A DNA stretch of 64,000 nt from Pelomyxa schiedti (Eukaryota > Protista > Evosea): positions 153,031-217,030 of the forward strand of contig JAHLWZ010000792.1 in the NCBI GenBank assembly GCA_020536535.1. The letters are read 5' to 3'. The notes beneath the pieces were generated by a model. That model did no database searches and was not told where the DNA came from. It was given only the letters and a program-made list of their open reading frames with translations. The position numbers and the translations under genes were made by a program. Of the stretch, positions 14,101-27,842 are shown piece after piece (the first letter of the stretch is position 1; the number at the start of each line of letters is the position of its first letter).

Positions 14101-17100
14101 CAACCAAGTTCTGTTGTTTCCCCCTCCAAGGATTCGGACATGATCCTCCTTCAACTTCATTCTCTTTGTAAAATCAACTTTGATAAGATTTCTTCATCTC
14201 TTTCCGCAATGCAGGAACTATATGTAATTATCTCCAAAAGGAAAAACTTTCACTCAACAGAACAAAACAACAAGTCTATAGCCAATCCAGTATTGTGCCG
14301 TCTTCAGAAAGTGCTAGTGTCACCTCCTCACATTAAATTTGAATATCCAGTGAAAGTTTGTGCCACTGATTCGTACTTTGAGATAAGCTCCTGGAACATC
14401 CAATTGTTTTCTTCCGCCCTTCGAAAACATGTTTTAAACTATGGATAGAGAGAATTTGCCGTATGTTAATATATGCAGACGATCCTCACAAATCCCCACT
14501 TTCGAGTTTGTTTCAAGAAAAGTGGAAACTGAGGTTTAATACTTCCTCTCACTATGTCATCTGATATTCTGTAGGAAAAGCAAGTTTGTTCAGAGATTGC
14601 AAGTATCCTAGAATGCCCTCAAGATTGGAATTTTCTTGATGAAGAGCTTTTTCAGTGGGAGACGACACTGTATCGGTAAAATGATGAGCTTCTCATGTAG
14701 AACATAATTTAAGCAAGGAGTCTAGTAGAAGTGCAGCGCCCATGGCCCAGCATCCATGCCCGCTTCACAATGTTACCACTACCTCCAAATACGCCCACGA
14801 TGTTATATGCCACTATATACCTTCCTAGTGGCTCAACTACAAAAACTTTCCAATGCTCTGTTGATGTTACTTCTACTGACTTACTCGCTGAGGTAATCAT
14901 AGCATCATCTTCACAGTGGCATTTACTCTCTCTAGGTTATTCAAAAAACAAAAGGACTCCATTCTCTCACAGCACGGTCGGCCGTGTTTAAGACAGTTGG
15001 CCAACAGCAGTACCTTTTTGACAACATGCCATTGAAGTACTTTGATTTTGTGAGGGACTCTCTTAGACGTGGTAAGCGAGTCGCTTTCGAACTGTTGTCT
15101 ACTTCTGGTATCTTGTGGGAATCGCCAGTGAAAGTATATTGAAAATTTATTATCCACTCTTATGTCTCTCATACAGATTACCTTCCCTGCACCACCAGTC
15201 TTTCCTGCTAGTATGTCTGCCCTTGATGTGCCAAGACCCCTGGAGGTTCAAATCAATTATGTTGTGGGTCTGCCCCCTGCTCCTCCTGATTCATATGTTG
15301 GCGTTGAAGCTGGATTGTACATTCCTCACACAATTGACTTGGAAATCCATTACTAATTTTTTCCCAGATACTATGGTGGAAAATTGTTTTCTGAACTCTT
15401 TTGTTGTTCTCTTATTGAAATTAACAACAAGACAGTCTGGAACCAGTGGTTGTCATTTGCTGGTTCAAACCTTTCAAAACTTCCCAAAGTAAGCTTGTCA
15501 CATACGAAGTCGAGCTAAAAATTTGTAGGAAACAAGAATCTGCTTCAGTGTATTTATTCAAGAAATCAAGAATTGGAAGACACGCAGTCAAACAAATGGG
15601 AATCGCACTCCAGGTGCATCAAATGGGAATGGAACTTCTTCACCAATCGGATCACCAGATGTCAGGTTTTGTCTTGTGTTGCCCTCTAATCATTTCATGA
15701 CTCTTGCCCCAGGCCAAGAAGTGGGACTCTAGCCTTGTACCGTGCTCAAGCTCAAATTCAGACTGCAACTTTTGGGAAGAGGACAGATTTATTTTGGTCA
15801 AGTGTGAGGGTTGGTTTCCAGAACAAGGGATCAAAAGTGATTATTTCTTCCAGATATATAATTTCTGTTCCCACTTGCGATCAGGGCAAATTACCCTTCC
15901 ACTGCTTCCTGGAGAAGTTAACCCCATTGGTTTAGCTTATTGTATTCATTTTTCTCTTACACTAAGAGGTGCTCAGGAATGGCTGTTGACAGTATGAATC
16001 TATCCACAGAAGATTCTGTTGGGGAACTGTGCATAACTTTTCCAGCTGGGGCCTCCATAATGTTTCCTTCTGACGAGCAATTACTTTCCACAGCTTCAAC
16101 AAAGTCCACAAGGAACTCCGTGGAAGAAGATAAACCAGTCCCATCAGCTGAGGATCAAGCAACATTACTTGCTCTGTTACAGAGTGGTAAGCTGCCCATA
16201 AATCCTCAAGTTATGACCTTCCTAGATCTTCTTTATCCAATGTCAAGTGAAGAAAAGGCGTTCATTTGGAAGTACAGACATTTTTGTTTATCGGTACAAA
16301 ATGGTAGTTGTCTCACTTTTCCCCTTGAAAATCAACAATACAAAGGATTTGTTAAAATACCACTGGCAGTGAATTGGACAGACACTTCTGCTGTCCTGGA
16401 GCTCTACAAGTATTCTTCGTTATGTTACAGTCGAACTCATGAACTTGCAGGTTAATGCCCACTGAGGCTTCACTGGATCCTATGGTCGCAATGGAAGTGC
16501 GTTAATTTCTTTTTTTCTATTACCAGTGTCTAAAAAGCCAACGCAACAGCTTTTGGACTCCAAATTCGTTGACCATAAAATTCGGTCCTATGCAGTAAGC
16601 TGTTTGAATCAACTATCATTGGAGGAGTTGTCAGATTTTCTCATCCAACTTGTTCAAGTATTTTCTTTTGGACTCAAACATTGCTAAGTAGCAAAAAAAA
16701 AAAAAAAAAAGGCACTAAAATGTGAATCTTACCAAGACTCCCCTCTTGCCCAATTTCTTCTCTCTCGGGCCATTGAGAACAGAGTTCAAATAGGACATTT
16801 ATTCTTTTGGCTTTTGAAGGTAATTTCCTTTTCCTATGTCATTTCCAACCTCGTTTTATAGAGTGAGTCTGATCAACCAAAAGTATCTTGATACCACTTA
16901 CTTCACTGTCTTTCAAAAAGTACCTTACTCCTGCTACAGGTGAGGGAGCGCTTTCGTATTTTAATGAAGTACTATTTGAGGTTTACACAATTCAATTTGG
17001 TGCCAGCTGAAAAAAAGAAAACAGGGGATGTGGGGAGCACAGACATATTTTAAGGAAGCAACAGCTTCTTATTCAAAAATTCATGAGTATCACAACCAAC

Positions 17101-18550
17101 CCTAAAGTACACTCTTTTTGCCCCTATTTCATTTCTTCACATTTTGATAGGTACGACAGTCTCGGACACTTTTTGAATCCGAACTGGTTTCTTTGCCAAT
17201 AGAAAACGGTCTTCCCCTTCCTCATGATCCATGGTACGCCTCTTCTTCTCAACCATAGTTGAACGAATGCCACTTTTAGCCTTTGTGTTCGCCGACTCAT
17301 GCCAGAGAAATGCAGAGTTCTAGACTCCCTTCGAGTACTGAATTAGATTTTAATTCATCTAACAATGTGTAGGCCCCTCTATGGCTAGTTTTCGAAAATG
17401 AGGATATCCTTGGGGATCCCATTTACGCACTGTTCAAAGCAGATGACGATCTTAGACAGGATATGCTATCATTGCAAATTATAACAATAATGAATAAAGT
17501 ACATTTGGGAAATTTAAATTATCTCCAACCTCACTCCCACTCAGGTATGGCAACGGGAAAATCTCGATTTGAATCTGACACCATACACATGCCTTGCCTT
17601 GGGCCCTGGCAAAGGAATGATAGAAATCGTATTAGACTCCCAAACAATCGCAAACATTCAGAAGGTGTCTCCTCCACCTTTTTTTTTGAGAACTTAACAG
17701 GCTTTGGCGAAGGTATTTGGTGGTGGTATTACATCAGCTTTCAAAGACAGACCACTGGCAACCTGGTTGCGCGAGCATAACCCCAATGGTTTGCCTGCCA
17801 AATCTAGATGTTCCATTCAAAATGAATTAGATGCTGATTACAACAATGCTGTGGACAACTTCATTCGGTCATGTGCTGGCTATTGTGTTGCAACTTATGT
17901 ATGCCTGTGCTGTAGGGTTTAAAAAATAAATGTCAAATACAGGTACTGGGTGTTGGTGACAGGCACAATGACAATATTTTGCTTACCAAAAATGGATATC
18001 TGTTCCGTGTGTTCCCTTCTGAATTAATAGTGCCCTTATCCTGTTAGACATCGATTTTGGTCATATTCTTGGAAACGTGGAAAAATTTCACGGCTTTAGT
18101 AGAGACAGGGCTCCATTTGTCCTGACACCTGGTATTTACCCACTTCGCATTGTGATGCTTATCACTTTGTACTTTGTAGAGTACGTGTACGTAATGGGTG
18201 GAGAGAAAAATCCCAAGTGGCAAACGTTCATCTCTTTTTGCTGTGATGCTTACATTATACTACGGAGGCATCACAGAACATTTATCAATTTATTTGCCAT
18301 GGTAAAATGCCACTCACTTCTGTTACACTGACACATGAAACAGATGTTATCTACTGGAATGCCTGAATTACGCACGGCTGAAGATATCCTGTACTTACGG
18401 GATGCATTTGGGCTCGACAAAACGGAAGCAGAAGCAAGGATTGCCTTTGAGAAGCTGGTGTACAGGAGTTTAGACACTCTAATGACACGCATCAATAACG
18501 CAATTCACATTGCCGCCCACCCAAAGGTTAGTGAGGTGGGCACATCATGA
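11178..18550 (+). CDS. Class I-like phosphatidylinositol 3-kinase with long Q/S/P-rich N-terminus
   Basis: Kinase motifs [49 protein letters not shown] and [10 protein letters not shown]. Helical-domain signature [11 protein letters not shown]...[12 protein letters not shown]-terminal coiled coil and QPQ/QAQT repeats. Confidence 0.93.
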
Positions 18551-18728
18551 GTGTATCATAGACTAAACTTATTTTTAAAATAATTCTGTTTTGTTTCGGA
18601 TTTCCCCATGTTTCACAGTGCAGTTGCCTATCCTACCTACTACTAGCCTCATACTACGAACTGATCAACCTCAAAGCCAAAAAGGAAACCAAAGAAGACT
18701 CAAAATTGTTTTTGTTTGAAATACAGCT

Positions 18729-20758
18729 TCAAAAATCGTCTTGCTCATATTGTTCATGGTCGGGGTTGTAGCCTTCACCATCCAGGTTGCTTTTGACATC
18801 ATCGTCAGGGGGTGGGGATGTTGGTTCTCCTGATGGGCCTTTGCCTTTGCGAGGGGCTTTCTTCACTTTGGGTGGCTGTGGAGGGCGCTCCTCTGCAACG
18901 AGGCCGGCCTCTTCATAGCGGTGATTGAGTTCGTCTAGTGTTATAAACCTGGATGTGGGTTGTTGGGATTTTACGAGATTATTTCGGGCATTTTACCCAA
19001 GGGAAAATAGCTCTTCAAGGTGGTCCATTTCTTCTGTCATGTCTGAAGGGTTGACAGGAAGGGAGTGGGAAACTGGGAGTGCTGGCTCTGGATGGAAATA
19101 AACTTCCTGTTCAAAGGCACCCTAAAAGATTTTAAAGAAAAAAGGTAGGATAAACTGAATGACCTCCGGTATTAGACATGATTCAATATCAGCTTCCTCA
19201 ACCCCAAGCAACTGGGATAATGTGGAATTTGATATAGTCAATACTGACACTTCTGGAGAATCACTGGGAGGAGTAAATAAAATCCAATATCAATGAATAA
19301 CGAAAGATGTCGCACCGGAAAGTGGTTTCTCCAGTTATGGTCTCCCACATGGCCTCTTCATCATAGTCTTCCGCAGGCACACTTTCGTGTGGAAGTGAAG
19401 AATACAGGAGAATTTCATCTTCAGTCGCTTTTCGTGGCTTTTCAATAACCTGAACATTTGTATTGTAAGGCAGGTGCTGGCTAGCCAAGGCTTACTTACA
19501 CGGAAAGTCTTAAGATAAACCCAACATGGTCCCACAACAGTGCTAACTTCACCAGAAACTGTGTTGATGAATTTGGCACAATCCCCTTCAACCACATGAA
19601 CTTTATCCCGATAGACCTGTAGTTGGCAGTTATACAACTTACTCTTTAAATTAATGAGACACACAACAGAGCGGGCCTCTCTCGTCTGCTTATTTTTATG
19701 ATGCTTCTTCCTGCGCAACCTTGGCATGGAATAGAATTGGTAATTTTCCATTTCAATTCGCTCCAAAGCTTCTCTTTCTCTTTGTTCCCGAAGCATTTTC
19801 CCCAACTGTACGCATAGCTCCTCAACTTCAGCCTATTTCTGGGTTAAAAAAAAAGAACAAACTAAACTTGGAGGAAAACGAACCTTGTTTTTGCGGAAAA
19901 TATGATTCCACTTGCACACATGGGATGCCTTATATTCATCATCCAGCCTCTGAATCTCTTCCAACTCTTCTGGTGATGGTTTCTAGGGAAAAGATTAAGT
20001 TCCAGGTTACTGACAAGGTGCATACCGTAAGGAAAGAATGAACCCTGGGCCTCCGCTGCCGACCGGGCTCCGTGGCTCTTTTGCGAGGGCGGGGTGCTTT
20101 TGAATGATAAGGTACATCTTCCTTTGGAAGAGCAGCCTCTCTTCTCCAATCCGCGAGCTAATTCTCTTTGTAAGAGAAGCAACAATGAGTATAAAACTAA
20201 CTGCTTTGGCCTCAGAAACTGTGAGTCTCATGTCATCAGCTGGGGCAGCCATTTCTTCTGAGTCCCTGGTAACTGGCAAACTTCTTTTATACATTTTTTC
20301 AATGAGTTTGTTTGGCTTGTGGGTGCCCTTGTACATGGCAGCTTGGTGGGCAGCACGCCTATTTGCCACAGTGTTGGATTTTATTTGTTCTCTAAAATTC
20401 ACATACGCTTCTTCCTTTCGTTTCAAAATACGAGCGTAATCGTATTTCCACATATCAGATGAAAAGGGCACCATAAAAACGCTACAGCCATTAGCTTTAA
20501 GTAAATAAAATACACAAGGTACCCAGTGAAGTTGCGTCTTCTGAACTTTTGTGCGTCCTCATGAACAGCCCACACGTTCACACCATCACAGGCCACGACA
20601 ACGGCCGGAGAACCAGACACGCGTATAGGATCCCCTGTTCGCAACAAATGTTAAAACCCTACGAGGCAACGAGATCTAGATGACGTTTCTTTGTGTTGTT
20701 TGTAGGGAGGTGTCGCAATACCGGGTCGGACCATGTGGTGCTTCGGTGTGTCTGTCAT
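18729..20758 (-). CDS. Hypothetical protein (multi-exon)
   Basis: Spliceable open exons from MTDTPKHHMVRP|GDPIRVSGSPAVVV, through a charged helical region (REQREREALERIE), to an acidic end EQDDF*. No family recognised. Confidence 0.55.
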
Positions 20759-21303
20759 GATTTCGCTGTCGTTGGTTGGTTTATTTTTTCTTTTTGTTTC
20801 CTTTAAAATGGCACCTTCTTTTTTGTTTGTTGGTGTTCTTCTTGTACTTTATCTCGCTGAGAACGCGTTCCATTTTCGGAATTTCCGATCACTGCGGAAT
20901 CTCGCATCTGTTGGCAGTGGGACAGGCGACACCGTTCCTTCAGAGTGTGTGTTCTGTCAGGAGTGCAAACATTTGGAGCTTTTTGAAACTCCTGATACCA
21001 CATTGTAATCGAGGAAATTGAAAATGCCCCAATAGCCAAAAAGCTATGATGGCTTGCAGACAATTTTTCAGTTTCAGCATGTTCTGTTAACTGAACTTGA
21101 CTGCCACATGTGCCAGAGGTTCGTCGTGAGTTTGGATCTATGAAACAAAGCCGAAAAATCCACGCTACCGAAAAGGAGATCTAAAAGGCCAGGTGGGCGA
21201 AAATAAAGAAACAACAGACAACAAAGAGTGCCCTTCGTCGCTTGTGTAGTTACAACGCGTTCGGCTCCCATAACCGAGACACACACAACTCCTCGTTGAG
21301 TAA

Positions 21304-24300
21304 ATGATGATGGACGCGGCCAGGCTACAACAGCAGCTGTCAGTCAGCCACAAGAGGACGGCCTCGGACTCGCCGTCGCCCACGTCGCCGCCCCCCATGC
21401 TCATGGGGGCCCCGGAGCCCCCCCCGCCCGCCACCAGCGCGCCCATGCCCTTCCCCATCCGCTGCGCCCCCTCGTCCCTCTCCGAGCAGGCGCTGCTCTC
21501 GCCCTCCTCCCCGCACGGCGGCCTCGGCGGCGGCGTGTGGGGCGGCGGGCACCTGCACCACCTCCACCAGCTGCACGGCCACGGGCCGGGCAGCGGCTGG
21601 GGCGGCGGCTACGACGACGACTACATCCCGCCGCCGACGACGCCGGCGCCGCTGCCGCTGGTCACGCCGTTCCACTCGTCGCCCAACCTGGCGGCCCACA
21701 TCCCGCCGCCGCCCATCCCGCCCGGCTGCCCGTCGCCGACCGTCGGGGGCACGGCCACGCCCCCGCTGTCCACCAGCGGGCAGCTCCCGCGGCGCCACCA
21801 CCGCCCCGCCGCGTCCTACTCGGGCTCCATGTCGCCGGTGTCCGCGTCGGTCCCGCGGCCGCCGGGCTCGGGCCACTCCAGCTCCATGTCCAACTCGGGG
21901 GGCTCCGCGACGACCTCCTCGCGGCCCACCAACATCATCAGCCAGACGTCCGCGTCGGGGGGCAGCCACCACCACCACTCGCACCACCGGCCCAGCAACG
22001 GCACGGGCTCCGCCTGCGCCTCGCCCTCGCAGTCGCCGATCCCCTCGCCCTCGTCGTCGCCCTCCAGCTCCGTGCTGTATGTCATGTCGCCCGCGCCGCG
22101 GCCGCCCCCGCCGCCGCTGCCTTCCGCTTCCAGCCCAATGAACTCGGCGGCTCTCGCGGCTGCACTTTCGGCAGCTTCCGGGGCAACTCCAAATGCAACT
22201 GCAACTGCAAATGCAAATCCAAATGTGAATTCAGGTCCAAATCCAAGTGCACTACTACTGGCATCAATACCACCTTCACCACCTAGAACAACTCGTAAAT
22301 ACTCTTCATCCTTTTCTGCATCTAGTCCAACTCCAGGTTATCTGTGTTCTATGTTTTCTATGTTCTCTCTAACTTAACGTACTTAACTTAACCTAAACGT
22401 TTTGGTTTCCCCTGCAGGTGCCTGGATACAAAAATTTTTCGGAAAAAAGGAACCCCTCATGTCTACTCCTTTAAAAAGAAATGACTTCTTAACCTCCCAA
22501 TCAAGTGCTTTCAATCCTCCTCCTAGCAGTCCCCTCTTTGTCCCTCCCCCATCGACTCCTCCCCCAGGGACCTTGTCTTCTGTACCATCACCCATTCCTG
22601 CTCCCCCAACACACCCTCCTCCACTTTATTATTTACCACCACGGTCATCAACCCGACAAAGGGCCTACACTGACTTTCCACAAACACCATCTACATCCCC
22701 ACCTAATAACAATTCACTTTACCAACCAAATCCAGTTCCAGCACCCCCACCAAGTAATGACATGGTTTACACTCTCCTTTGTGATAAATATGCATGGCCT
22801 TGCCTGCGATACCATACCGCAAAACATTCACCTCACCCTGACGCCTTGTGTGACGTTTCTTTTGCTCATGACTGCACGTCTTCACTGAATACACACTCTT
22901 GCACCCAAGCGTGCAGCAGTAATTCCTCACCAGTTGCATCAACAGCACCTTCTGCTAGCACCAACTTGACACATGTGGAAAATACCACAACTGGGAACAC
23001 AAATAATACGAACGATGATTTCACACGTTACTGTTCTCATGCACTAGAGGACGTTTATTACCGGTATGAAAGCCAGTTATCTTTGAAATTGCGAGAGAAA
23101 GCAATTCGTTGTCGAACAAATATACACATTGCTGTGGTATACTCTCTCTTTTTTTCTTTTACCAATGTAACAGTCGCTCTAAGAAAAGCTTTGTTCTTTG
23201 CCTAGAGATGATGGCAGCAGAAATTGTAAATAGCTTTCTTGTAGCATATCCAGCTTTCACTCCAAAGGTGCAATTTATAAATTTGATTCACATTAGTTAC
23301 CATTCCCCATAAACCAGACAGGAAATGGACTCAGCATTTCCTCTCCAGGTGAAGATTCTCCACAAAGGTTTCTTTTTCAGTTGATGCACAACCTCCTAAT
23401 TTTTGATAGTTTAGCTACAAGTGGAGACCAACGAGATTCCTTTACTGACGACAGGTTTATTTTAGAATAATAAAAAACCTTCCATTCTCACCTAAAGGAG
23501 GGTGGGATCTGATTCTGACGGGAATGATGCTGAAGTACCATCCCCTGTTTATTTTATTTTCTCACCAAACATCCTTTTGTTCCTCCCAGGAGGAATCCCC
23601 TCTCACACGACTCCATCTTGCAACAACTCAGAAAGTGTTAATATGCTCTCCTGGTGTGCCCCTTCATCTATCTGTTCAAGTGTAACTTTCCACAAAAAGA
23701 GTCCATCACATCATCTTGCTCTGTCAAACGAGGTAGCTGCTCAACATCTTTATGCGAATGTGACCAATACTATGGAACAGTTTATGGTTGCTTCCTTCAT
23801 TCTCTTTTAACTTAGTAGGCTTATAATTGTAGGTGGGGTATGTCAAAATTGCGGTCACAGCCCTACTGTCCATGAAAATATGGGCCCTGTTGACAGCATA
23901 TTGAAGAGCACCTCGCAGACCTCTGGGCCGTCTCTTGACGATTTTCCTCTTCCAACAACAACACACTCTGAAAACCGTTTGGCTGTGTCAGACTCTGAGA
24001 TCCGCACATTGTCGATTATCACAAAGCATTCTGCAACACAAAAATCCAATCCGGAACTGGCAAAGGGTTTCTTTATTTGTGTTACTTTTTGTTGACTGAC
24101 CTTGTTTGTAAGCTGATGAGCATTTGTTGGTGTCGCCAGTACCTTCCCTTGCGTCATCGAACCCTGAGCAGCCCTCTCCATTAATACATCAAGTTATCCA
24201 TTGAAACTGTTCATTTATCCAATTCGCCTCACCGACTTGCAGACTTCCATAGATCAAGGAAACCCTAGTCACCAAGTGCCCCGGTCTAGTGATAAAACAG

Positions 24301-25633
24301 AGCCAGCCACACAACAATCTCCCCTGAGTAAGTCTATATTTGAACAAATTCTTAAACTTAATTTTTTTCTTCTCTTAAAACAGATGATGCTAAACAGTGG
24401 GCTATCCCATGGAGTGAAATAAAGCAGCACATTGAAAAGAAACCTTTTGGTAATGGCAGTTTTGCTAAGCTGTAAGTGGCACAACCTTTTTAATTTTTTT
24501 TTTAATTATTCCTTTCAGGTACAAAGGAGTATGGCGCAATCAATGTGTTGCAGTAAAGGTTTTAAAGGATAAACCAGATAAGCGAGCAATACAAGATTTT
24601 AAAAAGGAATTCTCCCTGTTAAGGTATCATGACTTTTGTCATTTTATGTATTAATATTTGCCAGTGAACTTCGATCTCCCAACATTGTGTATTTCTACGG
24701 AGCTGTTCTGGAGCCTCGAGTTTGTCTTGTTCTAGAATATTGTTCAAGGGGAAGTTTGGAAACGTAAGCATATTTTCGGTCACGGTCACTGTCTCACACC
24801 CCAAAGAGTTATGAAGAGTGATGCAAGTTTCACATGGGAACATGTTTTTCAGTATGCGGCAGATACTCTAAGAGGTCTCCTATGCCTTCATTCATGGGTG
24901 CCGCAGCTTCTTCACAGAGATTTGAAATCGTCCAACGTTCTCCTTGCTGATAACGGCGCTGCCAAGTTGTGGTAAGTAAGTTTTTTTTAGAAAACAGATT
25001 TGCATCGTACAACAACTCAATCTCCAAAAAGTGATTTTGGAACCACCCGGATAAATGATGACTCTGACACACTTTACCAAGTGCGGGGGACATATGCTTA
25101 TAGTTGCCCGGTATAAGAAATTTTCAGACACATACAATTCTAAGTTTCCCCAGGAAGTTTTCATTGGGGGTGTACACACTGACAAGTCGGATATATTCAG
25201 CTTTTCAATATTACTTTGGGAGGTTTGTTTTTAATTTTCCTACACAATTCTTACTCGGAAAATCATATCAATGCACAAAGATGGTCACAAGATGTATAAA
25301 GGTGCTCCTCACTCCTTACAAAGAAACCAAACACTCACACAAACAATTCAGGGCGAATATGTGCGGCCATACAGTGAGTACACTATGATTCAAGTGGAAT
25401 TCCAAATACTCGTGCAAGTTGCACAGAAGGGAATCAGGCCCACAATTCCAAGTTCTTGTCCGCACGCAATGTCCTCCATTATACAACACTGTTGGAGTGC
25501 ATCACCATACATGAGACCGAGTTGCTCCGAGGCACAGCACTGGTTGGAAGAAGCACAGGTGGTGTACAATTCCAAGCAAAAGAAATGGAACAAGGTGCGA
25601 GAGAAGGAGAAGAAGCACAAGAACGATTCGTAA
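21304..25633 (+). CDS. Tyrosine-kinase-like (TKL) protein kinase with Pro/Ser/His-rich N-terminus, REM-like segment and Cys/His motif
   Basis: GNGSFAK, VAVKVL, LVLEYCSRGSL, LLHRDLKSSNVLL, DFG, SDIFSFSILLWE and RPTIPSSCP...CWSASPYMRPS. Upstream FLVAYPAFTP is REM-like. Confidence 0.9.
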
Positions 25634-25729
25634 AGTTTTGTATTTGTAAACACCCAATTTTTCCTTTTTGGCATAAAAAAGCCTCTTTTTATATATCGAA
25701 GTCAACAACAAAACAAAGTGTTATTTCTG

Positions 25730-26843
25730 TCAGGAATGCCATGCCCTATAGGAAGCATAGTAAATATCAATGTCAGCCAAAAGGCCCCTTGTGTGTTTTG
25801 GTGTCCAGCCAAGCAGCCTTTCTGTCTTTTCCAGTGGCGAAAAGTCAGTCACCTCAAAAGCTACAAAGGACTGGAATCCCGTTGTAACGTCACTGTATGT
25901 GATGGGACCAGTATAGCCTGTTGCCTTGGCTCCGGCAATCAGCAGTTCTTCATAGGTTGGATTTCCTGCGTTGTCCAGATAAGGAAGGTTATTGGCATGG
26001 GACTTAACGAATTTCATACCGGTTTTTGCTGCAACACCAAAGGTTTGGCCTTGGGCAATAGCTCTATGAGAGTCAATGAGTACATAGGCCTCAGCCAAAT
26101 CATCAATATGAACCCATGTCCATTTCCTCAAACGGTTGCCCTTAAATCCAACTCAGAATTTCTAGTCACTTGTTAGACGTTTTTACCTGGATTTCTAGTG
26201 CGTCGGGCCTCTTGAAGTATAAATTCTCACCAACAATGCCACCGGATCCTAGTAGGATAAAGTAAGGAAATTAATATGGTAAGGAAATGTGATACCTCCG
26301 TAAATGAACCCAGGCCTCACAACGCAGCCAGTAACACCAGGGTGAGAAAGAACAATGTTCTCTAGGGGGTATTGCCTAAACCCTGTTGTGAAAATGAACA
26401 GCTTTGGCCTGCCAAGTTCGTCATTGCCACTAGCAGCAGTCCTATTCAGCATAGCCTGCATGATGGCTGGGGATTCAGTCATTGATGCGCATTCAATCAC
26501 TATTCCAGCCTAGATTGAAATTGGAATTAGAATTTGAACTAAGGTCAAACAAAGATTTTCGTTTTGCGATTTGTGTGGCACGAAGCTGGAAAATATTAAT
26601 TAATAAATAATAATAAACAGGAACGCATGGTACCTCGGCAAAGCAATGGGCGTAAAGATCCGTGTTGGTAAGATCATCCACTATTATGGGAATGATTTCC
26701 TCGTGCACAAGCCTTGCAGCTTGTGCCTTCTGCTCGGTCCTTACGATTCCCATAACTCTGAACCCAGCTCTGCGGAAGGCGAGGCATACTGCTCGTCCCG
26801 TGTAACCGTTGGCACCACTCACAAGCACCACTTTGCTGCTCAT
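25730..26843 (-). CDS. NAD(P)-dependent epimerase/dehydratase (atypical SDR)
   Basis: VLVSGANGYTG Rossmann motif, VVRPGFIYG and WVHIDDLAEAY. Confidence 0.9.
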
Positions 26844-27109
26844 TTTAATTGTTTCTGTCTGTGTAGGAAAAAAAAATTAAATCGAAGCGGCCCTTAAAAC
26901 GACGTTTCGGGGTCATTATTCGTTGGTCGTTGCAGCTCTCGTTGATCCCAAAATGACTTCGTCGCACGTGAAAACTCTGTCTGGGGCCTGAGAGTGTTCC
27001 ACTCCACAGAAGGTCCCCACTATTCACGCGACCCTCTTAGGATGGAGCCAAGTTCGAACTCCAGAGATTACTCATCATCAGCAAACACACACAAAAGAAA
27101 CAAAAAAAA

Positions 27110-27559
27110 ATGAGGCACTGCTGCCCGTTGGTGGTGCGCCTTTCCGTGTGCGCGTTCCTGCTGTCTGCCATAGTCTCGGTCAGCCTCCACTGCCGAGACC
27201 ACTACAACCTGCGCCTGGAGCCGCTGCCCGGCAACCTCGTGGCGCTGGCGTCGATGCGCCGCGGGGAGGAGTCCCAGCTCATCGCCATCGGGGCGCGGTA
27301 CATCGCCAAGAACCGCGACGGCGCCGGCAACGCGGTGGTGGTCTGCGACGACATCACGGGCGCGGACGACGGGCTGGGCGAGGGCCTGCACTACCACATG
27401 CGCCTCACGTGGCCCGAGCCCCGCACCCCGGGGCAGCACTGGCGCCTGCGGTGGCGCGCCGTCCTCGGCGCCGTGTGGGTCCTGGGCCCCTGGTGGGCCG
27501 TGCCTGCTGCCGCCGCGGCTGCAGTTGCTTTTGTGGCGTCACCCTTGTTGTGCTTTTGA
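27110..27559 (+). CDS. Small intronless hypothetical membrane or secreted protein (149 aa)
   Basis: ORF with ATG after an A-run, hydrophobic N-terminus (LVVRLSVCAFLLSAIVSVSL), hydrophobic C-terminus, and a core with strong GC3 bias. Confidence 0.55.
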   Translation: MRHCCPLVVRLSVCAFLLSAIVSVSLHCRDHYNLRLEPLPGNLVALASMRRGEESQLIAIGARYIAKNRDGAGNAVVVCDDITGADDGLGEGLHYHMRLTWPEPRTPGQHWRLRWRAVLGAVWVLGPWWAVPAAAAAAVAFVASPLLCF

Positions 27560-27842
27560 GAGAAAAAAAAGAGTGCTGCTGCTGCTGCTGCTGCTTTTTT
27601 TTTTTTTTTTGCTACTGCTGAGCTTGATTATGACCACTCCGCCCATTTTGACTCACTCCTGCTTGATTTGAGGCTTAGAAATGCACTGCCCACATTCCTC
27701 TTCTAATTGTGTGGTGCACAATGTGAAGTCAAAAGCCTGCTATCAATAAACACAACATGAAAGACAAGTTCTTTTTGTTTTATTATTATTGTTGCTACTA
27801 CACACAACAAATGTGGAGAGGGCAAACCGTAACAGCAGTTTG

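Noticed and set aside
21005-21100. U4 snRNA-like fragments (AATTGAAAA..CCCAATA, Sm-like AATTTTT)
   Set aside because: It lacks the TGCTAATT stem-I element, the correctly spaced k-turn and the U6-pairing 5' end.
21340-22286. Long overlapping alternative-frame and antisense ORFs (also at 58652-59293, 61501-62179, 27068-27621 and 49659-50219)
   Set aside because: These are expected by-products of stop-poor GC-rich or low-complexity coding sequence, and they carry no motifs.
27040-27065. B-box/T-loop-like GTTCGAAC
   Set aside because: No T-stem pairing, D-arm or acceptor stem on either strand.
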